Shown: positions 9,265-19,181 of the stretch, in pieces
How positions within the stretch are numbered: position 1 is the stretch's first letter
Layout: each line of letters begins with the position of its first letter
DNA from: Sulfurovaceae bacterium
Lineage (GTDB): Bacteria > Campylobacterota > Campylobacteria > Campylobacterales > Sulfurovaceae
DNA: 64,000 nt
Direction: 5' to 3'
Assembly (NCBI GenBank): GCA_016744315.1
Contig: JADGER010000001.1
Coordinates: 353-64,352 of the forward strand
Position numbers and translations under genes: made by a program
The notes under the pieces: model-generated
What the model saw: only the letters and a program-made list of their open reading frames with translations
What the model was told of the DNA's origin: nothing
The model's database searches: none

Positions 9265-9579
9265 ATGAGTGCATTAGTAGAATTTGCAATGTTTCCCACA
9301 GAAAAAACACAAAGTAAAAGTGAGTTTGTTGCAAGAGTATTAGATATTGTAGATAGAAGTGGATTAGCATATCAGCTTACACCAATGGGAACCATCATCG
9401 AAGCCCAAACAGTAGGCGAAGTATTTGCCGTAATAGAATCAGCCTACAAAGAACTCCAAGAAGACTGTTCTCGTATCTACAGTGCTATCAAAATAGACTA
9501 CCGTGAAGGACCTGTAGGAAGACTTGGCAAAAAAGTTGGATCAGTTGAGGAAAAATTGGGGCGAAAGTTAAATAGTTAA
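9265..9579 (+). CDS. MTH1187/YkoF-family (DUF77) thiamine-binding-like protein
   Basis: 104 aa. VEFAMFPTEK..YQLTPMGTIIE..IYSAIKIDYR..SVEEKLG matches the family pattern as I remember it. Confidence 0.75.
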   Translation: MSALVEFAMFPTEKTQSKSEFVARVLDIVDRSGLAYQLTPMGTIIEAQTVGEVFAVIESAYKELQEDCSRIYSAIKIDYREGPVGRLGKKVGSVEEKLGRKLNS

Positions 9580-9684
9580 ATTACGCCAAAATAAAAATAT
9601 AGTTTTTATTCCTCTAGCTTTAATTTTATCGAACACAAACCCTATTTTGCTATAATATCATTACCAAGAAGCAAAAGGAAATAT

Positions 9685-9885
9685 ATGTGTGCTGATAGAA
9701 TACATCGTATCGTTATAGCTATTATATTGGGGTTGATTATGGGAATAGCTGGTGCTGGGATGGTTCAGTTGGCATTTTTGTCACAGCTTTTTGTTATGAT
9801 AATGCTTTTTATTTGGGCATTTACCAACTTTTGCCCATCGCTATATGTACTTAGAAAAGTACTTCCTCCTTGTTTGGAAAAATAA
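9685..9885 (+). CDS. DUF2892 (YgaP-like) small membrane protein
   Basis: 66 aa with two TM helices and the typical C-terminal ..NFCPSLYVLRK. Confidence 0.6.
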   Translation: MCADRIHRIVIAIILGLIMGIAGAGMVQLAFLSQLFVMIMLFIWAFTNFCPSLYVLRKVLPPCLEK

Positions 9886-9906
9886 TTCAATAGAAAGAGT
9901 CAATTA

Positions 9907-10902
9907 ATGTCAAATATTTCTTATAAAGATGCTGGTGTCGATATAGATGCTGGAAATGATTTCGTAGAAGCTATCAAAAGTGATGTAAAGTCAACTTTTG
10001 ATAAAAATGTTATCGGTGGTATTGGGTCGTTTGCTGGTGCATATGCCTTGCCTACTGGATATAAAGAGCCTGTGATACTCTCTGCTACTGATGGTGTAGG
10101 TACAAAGTTAAAGCTCGCTATAGAGAGTGGAAAGCTTGATACTGTGGGGATAGACCTTGTGGCAATGTGTGTTAATGACCTTATTTGTAACTTTGGTACA
10201 CCTATGTTTTTTCTTGATTATTATGCAACTGGTAAACTTGTTCCTGCTAATGCAAAAGATGTTGTTGCAGGTATTGCTGAGGGCTGTCGTAGAAGTGAAT
10301 GTTCACTTGTAGGTGGTGAGACTGCTGAGATGCCAGGAATGTATAGCGAAGATGATTTTGATTTGGCTGGTTTTTCTGTGGGTATCGCTGAGAAATCTGA
10401 GATGGATACGATAGCTAATGTTGAGGCGGGTCAAGTACTTATTGCTATGCCTAGTTCTGGTGTACATTCTAATGGATATTCTCTTGTACGAAAACTCTTT
10501 TTTGATAAATTAGGTATGAGTTTGACTGATGAGTTTGATGGGAAACCACTGTTAGAGACTCTTCTTGCACCTACACGCATTTATGTCAAAGAGTTTAAAG
10601 CTAACAAAGAACATATTAAAGCATTAGCACATATCACTGGTGGCGGAATAGTTGAAAATCTTCCTAGAGTTTTACCTGAAGGACTCAAAGCTGTTGTAAC
10701 AAAAGAGGATATTAGAGTATTACCTATATTTGAATTTATGGGTAAACATGTAGATGAAGATGAGATGTATAGAGCCTTTAACATGGGTGTAGGTATGGTA
10801 TGGGTTGCAGATAAAGCAGATGTAGAAGCCATTCTAGCTAATACTGATGGCTATGTGATAGGTCACTTAGCTGAAGGAACTAAAGGAGTTGAATTTGTCT
10901 AA
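9907..10902 (+). CDS. purM: Phosphoribosylformylglycinamidine cyclo-ligase (AIR synthetase)
   Basis: YKDAGVDIDAGN, GGIGSFAG, ATDGVGTKL and GGETAEMPG motifs; 331 aa. Confidence 0.95.
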   Translation: MSNISYKDAGVDIDAGNDFVEAIKSDVKSTFDKNVIGGIGSFAGAYALPTGYKEPVILSATDGVGTKLKLAIESGKLDTVGIDLVAMCVNDLICNFGTPMFFLDYYATGKLVPANAKDVVAGIAEGCRRSECSLVGGETAEMPGMYSEDDFDLAGFSVGIAEKSEMDTIANVEAGQVLIAMPSSGVHSNGYSLVRKLFFDKLGMSLTDEFDGKPLLETLLAPTRIYVKEFKANKEHIKALAHITGGGIVENLPRVLPEGLKAVVTKEDIRVLPIFEFMGKHVDEDEMYRAFNMGVGMVWVADKADVEAILANTDGYVIGHLAEGTKGVEFV

Positions 10903-10903
10903 T

Positions 10904-11077
10904 ATGCCTGAAGATGTAGGCTGTGAGAATAGTATCTGCGTTCAAACCCAAGAGTGTGAGCGACAGGTTATTTATACTAATGGAACTGCACGAGAAGTAA
11001 GAAAATTTGGTGGTACTGAGACAAAAGGCTGTGGTAAGTATATACCAAAAAAAGAGACCACTCAGACCGATAAATAA
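10904..11077 (+). CDS. Small Cys-containing hypothetical protein, possibly the N-terminal part of a longer frameshifted gene
   Basis: ATG at 10904 lies downstream of AAGGAG (10883-10888). The translation MPEDVGCENSICVQTQEC..GCGKYIPKK has four Cys. The ORF ends 24 nt after an A7 run, and its tail overlaps the next ORF. Confidence 0.35.
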   Translation: MPEDVGCENSICVQTQECERQVIYTNGTAREVRKFGGTETKGCGKYIPKKETTQTDK

Positions 11078-11327
11078 AAAAGTGGATACAAAAACACAAA
11101 AAGCTACAAAAATTGTTCTCTACATCAGTATAGCAACTGCACTTATTACCTCAATAGCAGGGGCTATGCTCTTTCAAGGTCCTATAGCTATAGGTATCTT
11201 TTTTGGGCTTATTTTAGGATTCTTTTTCCCATGGGTAGTAGCTCTTATTACTTATAGTATTTATATGATGTCTAACCCTTTGGCAGGCTTTAAAGACGAA
11301 ATAGACAAACTTAACAAACGCCCATAA
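11007..11327 (+). CDS. Small membrane protein with two TM helices; the true start is uncertain
   Basis: The hydrophobic core is IVLYISIATALITSIAGAMLFQGPIAIGIFFGLILGFFFPWVVALITYSIYMM. No RBS precedes the annotated ATG. It overlaps the preceding ORF in another frame. Confidence 0.45.
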   Translation: MVVLRQKAVVSIYQKKRPLRPINKKVDTKTQKATKIVLYISIATALITSIAGAMLFQGPIAIGIFFGLILGFFFPWVVALITYSIYMMSNPLAGFKDEIDKLNKRP

Positions 11328-11335
11328 AGAAGCTA

Positions 11336-12850
11336 TTAAAAATTATACTTTGGCATACTCTTTTTATCCTCAAAAACAATATCAAAAGGATATGGTCGTT
11401 CTAGGAGAATAATATTCTCTTTGGCATGATACAAAGATTGATTTGAATAAATAGTAAGCATATTATTTGCATACACAAACTCAATATTTGCACTATTAGA
11501 ATTATCATGAAGTAAAAGAGAAAGAGTATACATAAAACTAAGATACTTTAACTCCTCTTTTTTGGGAAGAAGTGCTTTGTATGTTGTACAAAGTGGTTTA
11601 TACAAAAGTGAATTTCCATCCATTCTAAGAAGAACAGATATAAGAATCATCTCTTTATGTGTAAATCCAAAATTTAATTCTTGCATTGAAATATAAAATG
11701 CATGTTTTTTTGCATCATAAATTCTAAGCGTTTTACCAATATTAGAAAGTCTAAGTGCTGTATAGAGTTCTTTTTGGTATTTTATATCTATAGCAAACTC
11801 TTTATGGAATATAGTATATAAGGATGAAACTACAGCTATGCGGTGGGATGCCTGAGACTCTTTGGAAGTAAGGTCATCAAACCTATCTAAAATACTCTTC
11901 AAACTAGGATTAAGTGTTGCAGGAAACTTATAATTAGGAGCTTGTAATAAATCTTTTAGAAAAACTCCTTCTCTCACACCTACACCACTTGTAATTACTT
12001 CTTGGGCTTGTATAGTTTTTAGAATCTCTACAAATATTAGTGTTCCCTCTTTGATAGTATCATAGCGACCTTTTTTAATGTATAAATTTTGAAGATCAGA
12101 AATATTTGCATAAATAATATCATTAAAATAGGGAAGTTCTCCATCTATTCTGTAATGAAAAGCATGGAGTTTATTAAATGGGTAGTTATGTCGTTTCATA
12201 ACACCTTTACTCAATGTCCGTGCTGTACCACCAATACCTACTGCTAACTTGGCTCTAAAGTTAGGTGGGAGTTTTTGGAGTTCATTAGCGATATATTCTC
12301 TTGCGTTAGCTATAGAGTTAGTACCATTGTCTTTATCAAAGAATAACTCTTTAATACGAACCGTACCAACATTAAGTGAGTAAGTCTCAGAGATAACTCC
12401 ATTGCAAATAAGTGCCATATCACAAGAACCTCCTCCAATATCTACAGTAATAGCATCATTATGAATAGGGAGGAGATTAGTAGCAGCAATAGCACCCAAT
12501 TTAGCCTCTTCTTTACCATCAATGATTTTAATAGAAAGGTTAAGTTCTTGTCGTATCCAACGGACAAATTCTTCACCATTTGGAGCATCTCTCAGTGCAG
12601 AAGTTGCAACAGAAATAACTTTTTTGACATGATATTTTTTGATAGTCTGAACAAAGGAGTCCAAAGCAAGATACGCTCGCTCTATACCTATGGGTTGGAG
12701 GTATCCTTCTTTAGAGTATGCACCCTCACCAATACGGACTTTACTCTTTTGTTCACATATAAGATGGAAGCCAAAACGACTACTTCTTTCAAATATAACT
12801 AATCTAGCAGAGTTCGAACCAATATCAATAATTGCGGTTCTCTTTGGCAT
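11336..12850 (-). CDS. ppx: Ppx/GppA-family exopolyphosphatase / guanosine pentaphosphate phosphohydrolase
   Basis: ASKHA motifs IIDIGSNSARLVIFE and VDIGGGSCD. 504 aa, including a C-terminal helical domain. Confidence 0.88.
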   Translation of the reverse strand: MPKRTAIIDIGSNSARLVIFERSSRFGFHLICEQKSKVRIGEGAYSKEGYLQPIGIERAYLALDSFVQTIKKYHVKKVISVATSALRDAPNGEEFVRWIRQELNLSIKIIDGKEEAKLGAIAATNLLPIHNDAITVDIGGGSCDMALICNGVISETYSLNVGTVRIKELFFDKDNGTNSIANAREYIANELQKLPPNFRAKLAVGIGGTARTLSKGVMKRHNYPFNKLHAFHYRIDGELPYFNDIIYANISDLQNLYIKKGRYDTIKEGTLIFVEILKTIQAQEVITSGVGVREGVFLKDLLQAPNYKFPATLNPSLKSILDRFDDLTSKESQASHRIAVVSSLYTIFHKEFAIDIKYQKELYTALRLSNIGKTLRIYDAKKHAFYISMQELNFGFTHKEMILISVLLRMDGNSLLYKPLCTTYKALLPKKEELKYLSFMYTLSLLLHDNSNSANIEFVYANNMLTIYSNQSLYHAKENIILLERPYPFDIVFEDKKSMPKYNF

Positions 12851-12857
12851 TTATATG

Positions 12858-13109
12858 CTACTGTTCTTTCTGTATTTGGTCATATTTAAATTGAAGCTCT
12901 TCAGCATTTTCTACATTATCTGGATCTGAGATAATACAATCTACAGGACACACTGCAATACAAGAAGGTTCATCATAATGACCTACACACTCTGTACAGC
13001 GATCTGCATCTATTATATAGATTGGATCATTTTCTTCGATCGCTTCATTGGGACACTCTTCGCGACATGCATCACACGCAATACACTCATCAGTAATAGT
13101 AAGAGCCAT
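12858..13109 (-). CDS. YfhL-type 2x[4Fe-4S] ferredoxin
   Basis: MALTITDECIACDACREECPNEAI..CTECVGHYDEPSCIAVCPVDCI is near-collinear with E. coli YfhL as I recall it. The start is placed at the internal ATG (13109) because a GAGG sits 7 nt upstream. Confidence 0.9.
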   Translation of the reverse strand: MALTITDECIACDACREECPNEAIEENDPIYIIDADRCTECVGHYDEPSCIAVCPVDCIISDPDNVENAEELQFKYDQIQKEQ

Positions 13110-13230
13110 AATAACCTCGATTTTTATTAATTTACGCATTTATAACTTAACAAACCTTATGCTTTAGTTAAGAGCGAAAGAAAAAAAGAAATTTAAAATT
13201 TATATTGGGGAAAATGGGTATTTGTGTACT

Positions 13231-13253
13231 AAAAAAAGAGTGCCGAAGCACTA
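13231..13253 (-). terminator. Rho-independent terminator after prfA
   Basis: The minus-strand RNA reads AGUGC-UUCG-GCACU followed by CUUUUUUU, about 30 nt downstream of the prfA stop. Confidence 0.55.
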
Positions 13254-13283
13254 CTTTTGTAAAAAAACCTTTTTTGGAGCTGT

Positions 13284-14351
13284 TTAGAGTCCAGCTTCTT
13301 GTATTGCTTCCATTTGGGCATGGGCAATAAGTGGATCTACTACAAGCTTAAGATTTCCATTGGTCATAATATCTTCAAGAGAATAAAGTGTCAATCCTAC
13401 ACGGTGATCTGTAAGACGATTCTGAGGGTAATTATAGGTACGAATCTTCTCTGATCTATCACCTGAACCAACTTGAAGTTTTCTTTGGCTAGAAGTCTCA
13501 TCCAATTGTTTTTGTAATACTGATTCATAGACTCTAGCTTTGAGTACTTTCATCGCCTTATCTCTATTTTTGTGTTGTGATTTTTCATCTTGAATTGCTA
13601 CAACAATCCCTGTAGGAATATGTGTTAATCGTACAGCAGAATCGGTGGTATTTACCGATTGTCCACCACATCCACTTGAACGATATACATCCATCTTCAC
13701 TTCATTTGGTTTAATGTCTACCTCTACATCATCTACTTCAGGAATAACTGCCACAGTAATAGCAGAAGTATGCACACGCCCTTGTGTTTCTGTATCAGGG
13801 ACTCTTTGTACACGGTGCGTTCCTGCTTCATATTTGAGTTTAGAATAAACACCCTCACCTTTGATTTGTGCTATTATCTCTTTGAATCCGCCTGCTGTAC
13901 CCTCGTTAGAACTTACAAGCTCTACTTTCCAGCCAATTTGATCAGCAAAACGCATATACATCTTAAATACATCTTCTACAAACAAAGCACTCTCATCACC
14001 ACCAGCACCCGCTCTTAACTCTAAAAATATATTTTTATCATCATTTTTATCTGTAGGAATCATCAAAACTTTGATCTCTTCTTCAAGCTCTGGTAATCTT
14101 GGTTCAAGTTCAATAAGCTCTTCTTTGGCAAGATCACCTAGTTCTGCATCACCAAGAAGCTCTTTATTCTCTTCAATAGCATCTGATGTTTCAATATACT
14201 CTTGAGCCTTTTCTACCAAAGAAGAGAGTCCAGACTGTTCTCTGCCTAAATCTGTCATTTTTTTAATATCTGAAGCAATATCTGGTGCAGATAAAAGAGT
14301 ATTGATTTCGTTATAGCGGTTGATAAATGGTTGAAGTTTTTCTTTGAACAT
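13284..14351 (-). CDS. prfA: Peptide chain release factor 1
   Basis: RF1-type tripeptide region [14 protein letters not shown] and GGQ motif ([12 protein letters not shown]); 355 aa. Confidence 0.95.
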   Translation of the reverse strand: MFKEKLQPFINRYNEINTLLSAPDIASDIKKMTDLGREQSGLSSLVEKAQEYIETSDAIEENKELLGDAELGDLAKEELIELEPRLPELEEEIKVLMIPTDKNDDKNIFLELRAGAGGDESALFVEDVFKMYMRFADQIGWKVELVSSNEGTAGGFKEIIAQIKGEGVYSKLKYEAGTHRVQRVPDTETQGRVHTSAITVAVIPEVDDVEVDIKPNEVKMDVYRSSGCGGQSVNTTDSAVRLTHIPTGIVVAIQDEKSQHKNRDKAMKVLKARVYESVLQKQLDETSSQRKLQVGSGDRSEKIRTYNYPQNRLTDHRVGLTLYSLEDIMTNGNLKLVVDPLIAHAQMEAIQEAGL

Positions 14352-14446
14352 GGGCGTTCCAATTTATAAAATTTTTAAGTTGTAGAGATATAACACTCTT
14401 TTATATTTTTAGGAATAAAAAATAAAAGAGTAGATGAAGAGTGAAG

Positions 14447-14716
14447 TTATGCTACTTCTATTTTATTTACAAGTTTATGAAGACGACTAACTTTTCTTGC
14501 TGCTGTAGTTTTTTTGATAAAACCTTTGCTAATTAAAGAATGAATACTTTTGTTTGCTACTTTAAGAGCTTCTTGTGCTGCTGGTTTATCATTTGCTTCT
14601 ACTGCTGAATGTACAGACTTAATAATATTTTTGATTCTAGTTCTATAATATCTATTTCTCTCTGTTTTTACAGCTGTTTGTAAAATACGCTTTCTTGCTG
14701 ACTTGCTATGTGCCAT
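14447..14716 (-). CDS. rpsT: 30S ribosomal protein S20
   Basis: 89-aa basic protein starting [14 protein letters not shown]. Confidence 0.9.
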   Translation of the reverse strand: MAHSKSARKRILQTAVKTERNRYYRTRIKNIIKSVHSAVEANDKPAAQEALKVANKSIHSLISKGFIKKTTAARKVSRLHKLVNKIEVA

Positions 14717-14875
14717 TGTGTTATTCCTTTTTCTGTTTCTCTTTAAATCGAGTGTAATTAGTTCGCGAATAATAGCTAAAAAAATATTAAATATTGATTA
14801 ACTTTAATGAATAATGAGATAGAATAAAAGTATATATAAAATTAAACACAGCTATATTTTACTAAGGATAACACA

Positions 14876-16213
14876 TTGAAATTATTTGGAACAGATGGCG
14901 TACGAGGAAAAGCAGGAGAAAAAGTAACAGCTCTTAATACCATGCGACTTGCTATGGCAACAGGTATATATTTTAGACAATTTTCTACAACAAACAAGAT
15001 ATTAGTTGGGAAAGATACAAGAAGAAGTGGCTATATGATAGAAAATGCCCTTGTTTCAGGCTTAACTGCTGTTGGTTTTGATGTAATACAGATAGGTCCA
15101 ATGCCTACACCTGCTATTGCTTTTTTAACTGAAAGTATGCGTTGTGACGCAGGGATAATGATCTCTGCTAGCCATAATCCTTATTATGATAATGGTATTA
15201 AATTTTTTGATAGTCTAGGGGATAAATTAGATAGAGAACAAGAGATAGAGATAGAAGCTATCTATGAAAACCATGCCCTTATAGAAGCCTCTCAACAAGT
15301 TGAACTTAAGATAGGGAAATCAAAAAGAATTGATGATGTTATTGGAAGATATATTGTCCATATCAAAAACTCTTTTCCTAAAACTCTTTCATTAGCTAAC
15401 TTGCGTGTTGTAGTTGATTGTGCCAATGGTGCTGGCTATATCGTGGCTCCTACTATACTCTCAGAACTTGGTGCTGATGTTATCACTATAGCTAATAGAC
15501 CTGATGGATTTAATATTAATGATAATTGTGGTGCTATGCACCCTGAAATGGTCGCCAAAGCAGTCAAAGAATACCGTGCAGATGTAGGGATTGCTCTTGA
15601 TGGAGATGCAGATAGATTAGTATTGGTAGATGAAAATGGTGAGGCTATTGATGGGGATAAACTTATGGCTGTTTTAGCTGTATATCTCAAAAAACAAAAA
15701 AATCTTACAGGAGAGGGAGTAGTTGCAACTGTTATGAGCAACCAAGGTTTAGAAGAGTACTTAAACCAACATGACCTGAGCCTTCATCGCAGTGCGGTAG
15801 GGGATAAAAATGTAGTAGAATTAATGCAAAAAACTGGTATTAATTTTGGTGGAGAACAAAGTGGTCATATTATATTTAGTGATTATGCCAAAACTGGTGA
15901 TGGAATTTCTAGTGCATTACAAGCATTAGCATACCTTGTTGATAGTGGTAAAAAAGTCAGTGAAATATTTAATCCTTATGAATCATACCCTCAAGAACTC
16001 GTAAATATAAATATAAATAAGAAAATTCCTTTTGATACAATAGAGGGATATAATGCCTTAGTCAAAGATGTAGAAGATGCTGGAATGAGACAACTCTTTA
16101 GATACTCAGGTACAGAAAATAAGATGCGTATTCTACTTGAAGGAAAAGATAAAGAAATCTTAGATAAAAAAATGGCAATGTGTGTTAGTTTCTTTAAAAA
16201 GGTATTAGCATAG
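14876..16213 (+). CDS. glmM: Phosphoglucosamine mutase
   Basis: Phosphoserine loop [11 protein letters not shown], Mg loop DGDADR and sugar loop GGEQSGH. TTG start after AAGGA. Confidence 0.93.
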   Translation: MKLFGTDGVRGKAGEKVTALNTMRLAMATGIYFRQFSTTNKILVGKDTRRSGYMIENALVSGLTAVGFDVIQIGPMPTPAIAFLTESMRCDAGIMISASHNPYYDNGIKFFDSLGDKLDREQEIEIEAIYENHALIEASQQVELKIGKSKRIDDVIGRYIVHIKNSFPKTLSLANLRVVVDCANGAGYIVAPTILSELGADVITIANRPDGFNINDNCGAMHPEMVAKAVKEYRADVGIALDGDADRLVLVDENGEAIDGDKLMAVLAVYLKKQKNLTGEGVVATVMSNQGLEEYLNQHDLSLHRSAVGDKNVVELMQKTGINFGGEQSGHIIFSDYAKTGDGISSALQALAYLVDSGKKVSEIFNPYESYPQELVNININKKIPFDTIEGYNALVKDVEDAGMRQLFRYSGTENKMRILLEGKDKEILDKKMAMCVSFFKKVLA

Positions 16214-16659
16214 TGATACGAAATGCTTTTATATTTTTACTTGTAGTTTTAGGTACTTTTATTATAGATCAAAATATTAAGATACTCTTTGTAGATGGTT
16301 TTTTTTGGGATAGCTCTTGTATATCACTAGAACTTCATTATAATAAAGGCGTAGCTTTTTCTATGTTTGCCTCTTTGGGAGAAAATCTTAAATGGATTCA
16401 ATCTGTATTGATTGTTGGTATTATAGGATATATACTTTATGAAGGCTATCTTAAAGAGTTTCCATTTCCTCTAGGTCTCATTATAGGTGGTGCTATTGGT
16501 AATCTCTATGATCGTTTTGTATATGAAGGTGTTGTTGATTATGTAGCTTGGCATTGTGGTTTTGATTTTGCTGTGTTTAATTATGCAGATGTTATGATAA
16601 ATATAGGAGTAGTCTCTATTTTACTACTCTCCTATCTCTCTTCAAAGAAAACTTCCTAG
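16213..16659 (+). CDS. lspA: Lipoprotein signal peptidase II
   Basis: 148 aa with 4 TM, NKGVAFS and FNYADV motifs. The GTG start overlaps the glmM stop. Confidence 0.85.
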   Translation: MIRNAFIFLLVVLGTFIIDQNIKILFVDGFFWDSSCISLELHYNKGVAFSMFASLGENLKWIQSVLIVGIIGYILYEGYLKEFPFPLGLIIGGAIGNLYDRFVYEGVVDYVAWHCGFDFAVFNYADVMINIGVVSILLLSYLSSKKTS

Positions 16660-17438
16660 ATTGATTCTAGGTGGTCTAGTAATTGGGTATGCACCAATCC
16701 ATTACTAGCAACTATCCCTTTATCTTCAAAGCAAAATGGCTTATCCAAAAGATTACTCACTTTTCCTTTTGCTTCTAATACTATTAATATACCTCCTGCA
16801 ACATCCCATGGCTTAAGGTCTATCTCATAAAAAGCATCTGTTTTTCCATGGGCTAAATAACATAAATCAAGTGCAGCTGCTCCTAATCGTCTTATATCAC
16901 GAATATGTGGAAGTAAAGAAGTTAATGAGTTAATGACCCAATGATACTCTATACCTTGGTCTACTTTGGCATAAGGAAAGCCTGTAGCAATAAGTGATTG
17001 TTGCAAATTATTTTGAGTTGAAACAGTGAGCAGAGTATCATTATAATATGCTCCCTCCCCTTTGATTGCCCAATACATCTCATCTAAGATAGGATTATAG
17101 ACTACAGCCATAAGTGGCTCGCCATCTTCCCAAAGACCTATAGAGATAGCAAGGTGTGGTAAGCCATGTACAAAATTAGTAGTACCATCAATAGGGTCTA
17201 TATAAATAGCTTTTGTGTGAGTATATCCTTGTTTGAGATAACTCTCTTCACCTATGATTGTATACTCACAAAACTCTTCTGCCAAGGCATTTATAATAAA
17301 CTTTTCTGTGCGAATATCATAATCTGTAACAAGGTCAACAAGCCCTTTGTGGGTAATATTCTTGTGAGCATGATAGCCCTCTTTGACAATCTCTCCAGCC
17401 TCTTTTGCTATGTTTTTGAGTATATTTATTTTTTTCAT
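16656..17438 (-). CDS. Inositol monophosphatase-family phosphatase (SuhB/CysQ-like)
   Basis: IGEES, IDPIDGTTNF and WDVAGG motifs. The start is moved to MKKINILK (17438), which removes an implausible extension overlapping the divergent gene. Confidence 0.85.
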   Translation of the reverse strand: MKKINILKNIAKEAGEIVKEGYHAHKNITHKGLVDLVTDYDIRTEKFIINALAEEFCEYTIIGEESYLKQGYTHTKAIYIDPIDGTTNFVHGLPHLAISIGLWEDGEPLMAVVYNPILDEMYWAIKGEGAYYNDTLLTVSTQNNLQQSLIATGFPYAKVDQGIEYHWVINSLTSLLPHIRDIRRLGAAALDLCYLAHGKTDAFYEIDLKPWDVAGGILIVLEAKGKVSNLLDKPFCFEDKGIVASNGLVHTQLLDHLESI

Positions 17439-17463
17439 AGAGCTATTATAATATAATGGCTCT

Positions 17464-18291
17464 ATGAAACAGATAACTACAACACTTATAGCAATACTTC
17501 TCCTTATACTTATGACTTTTTTTGTACTCAAAGCATATCAAAATGCCAAATCATATGAAGAGATGTCTCAACTTATGGTACAAAAGCAAGATATTACACA
17601 ATTGAGTAAAAATCAACTTAAAAAACTTGCACAAGGTCTCTCTTTAGGATTCTATTCTGGTTATCAAGAACTACTTCAAGAGCAAAAAAAAGACCAAGAG
17701 GTTCAACAGTTTTTTAAACAAAAAGCAGAGCAGTATACACTCTATTTTGTACTAACTTTAGGGGCTATATTTCTACTATATTTTGTTGTTTCATTACGAG
17801 AATTTACAATTTTACTAGGATTAAGTGGATTAATTGCCTTAATTGGTGGGTTGATTACCCCTATTATGATGATGAGCATTCATAAAGAGGTAGAATATTT
17901 AGGCGATGTAGTATTAACTATGGAATCTAAAGGAGTTATGGGTTCTATTTTGAAACTTTTTGATAATAATGATTATATTATAGGAGCTGTATTACTTCTA
18001 TTTTCTGTTATTTTTCCTCTTTTGAAAACTATTGCAATACTCTTTGTATCAATCTTTATTCAAAGTAAATTTGCACATACTCTTGTTCATTTTTTCAAGA
18101 TTTTAGGAAAATGGTCAATGGCAGATGTGTTTGTAGTTTCTACACTCCTTGTATACTTTTCTGCGAGTAAAGGGGATATGAGTCGTGCTGAGGTACAGGT
18201 GGGATTGTATTTATTTTTAACCTATGTTATAGTATCAATACTCGCAAGCCTCTTTGCAGATAAAATGTTACAAGAGAATAAAGAAGCTTAA
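17464..18291 (+). CDS. PqiA-like (paraquat-inducible protein A family) integral membrane protein
   Basis: Multiple TM helices and the family motif GKWSMADVFVVS. No pqiB-like partner is adjacent. Confidence 0.6.
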   Translation: MKQITTTLIAILLLILMTFFVLKAYQNAKSYEEMSQLMVQKQDITQLSKNQLKKLAQGLSLGFYSGYQELLQEQKKDQEVQQFFKQKAEQYTLYFVLTLGAIFLLYFVVSLREFTILLGLSGLIALIGGLITPIMMMSIHKEVEYLGDVVLTMESKGVMGSILKLFDNNDYIIGAVLLLFSVIFPLLKTIAILFVSIFIQSKFAHTLVHFFKILGKWSMADVFVVSTLLVYFSASKGDMSRAEVQVGLYLFLTYVIVSILASLFADKMLQENKEA

Positions 18292-18351
18292 ATATTTTAA
18301 TATTGACTAAGCTAATTAATATGGATATAATAGATTTAAAAAGAGTTTTAT

Positions 18352-19176
18352 ATGTATAAACAAGAGTTTCTCAAAGCACTTATAGCAGAAGATATAGGCA
18401 GAGGTGATCTCTTTGCTCGTATTAGTACAAGTAAAAAAATTCAAGCCTATATTATTGCCAAAAGTGATGGTGTAATGGGAGGTCGTGAATATATAGATAC
18501 CTTAGCTTCTATGTATCAACTTCAATGTGAATGGGCTTTTGAAGATGGGGATAAGTTTGTTATAGGTGAAAAACTTGTTTTAATTTGGGGAGATTCTCAT
18601 TCTATACTCTCCCTAGAACGCTCTATTCTTGATATAGTTTTACATGCTAGTTCTATTGCCACACTTACTGCAAAATTTGTAGATGCTATTGCACATACTA
18701 ATGTAAAGCTTCTTGATACACGCAAAACACGCCCTCTTTTACGAGCATTTGAAAAATATGCTGTCCGTTGTGGTGGTGGGATTAATCATAGAATGGGACT
18801 AGATGATAGCCTAATGCTAAAAGATACGCACTTACAAACTATTGATAATCTTGATAAGTTTATGCAAGAAGTTCGACGCAAAATACCCTTTACTTCTAAA
18901 GTAGAGATAGAGTGTGAAGATATGATTATGGTTAAAAAAGCTATGAAAGCAGGTGCAGATATAGTAATGTGTGATAATATGAGCCTAGATATGACACGAG
19001 AAGTTGTAGCCTATAGGAATAAGAATTATCCGCATATTCTCTTGGAAGCGAGTGGGAATGTAACACTTGATACCATAGCCCAAATAGCATTAACAGGTGT
19101 AGATGCTATCTCATCAGGAAGTATTATACACCAAGCAAACTGGATAGATCTTTCAATGAAGGTAGAAGGGAAATAA
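18352..19176 (+). CDS. nadC: Nicotinate-nucleotide diphosphorylase (carboxylating)
   Basis: LLDTRKTRPLLRAFEKYAVRCGGGINHRMGLDDSLMLKDTH is a typical QPRTase core. Confidence 0.9.
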   Translation: MYKQEFLKALIAEDIGRGDLFARISTSKKIQAYIIAKSDGVMGGREYIDTLASMYQLQCEWAFEDGDKFVIGEKLVLIWGDSHSILSLERSILDIVLHASSIATLTAKFVDAIAHTNVKLLDTRKTRPLLRAFEKYAVRCGGGINHRMGLDDSLMLKDTHLQTIDNLDKFMQEVRRKIPFTSKVEIECEDMIMVKKAMKAGADIVMCDNMSLDMTREVVAYRNKNYPHILLEASGNVTLDTIAQIALTGVDAISSGSIIHQANWIDLSMKVEGK

Positions 19177-19181
19177 CAAAA

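Noticed and set aside
13110-13139. Ten-codon N-terminal extension (MRKLIKIEVI) of the ferredoxin ORF
   Set aside because: The YfhL-type consensus begins at MALTIT, and a GAGG RBS sits 7 nt before that internal ATG.
14378-14414. AT-rich inverted repeat (ACTCTTTTAT-N17-ATAAAAGAGT) downstream of rpsT as a terminator
   Set aside because: The stem is almost entirely A/T, the loop is long, and no U-tract follows on the transcribed strand. It is not distinguishable from chance in this composition.
17439-17531. 31-codon N-terminal extension of the inositol-monophosphatase-family ORF, overlapping the divergent pqiA-like gene
   Set aside because: The family's conserved N-terminus starts at MKKINILK. 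The extension would run through the neighbouring gene's start and promoter.
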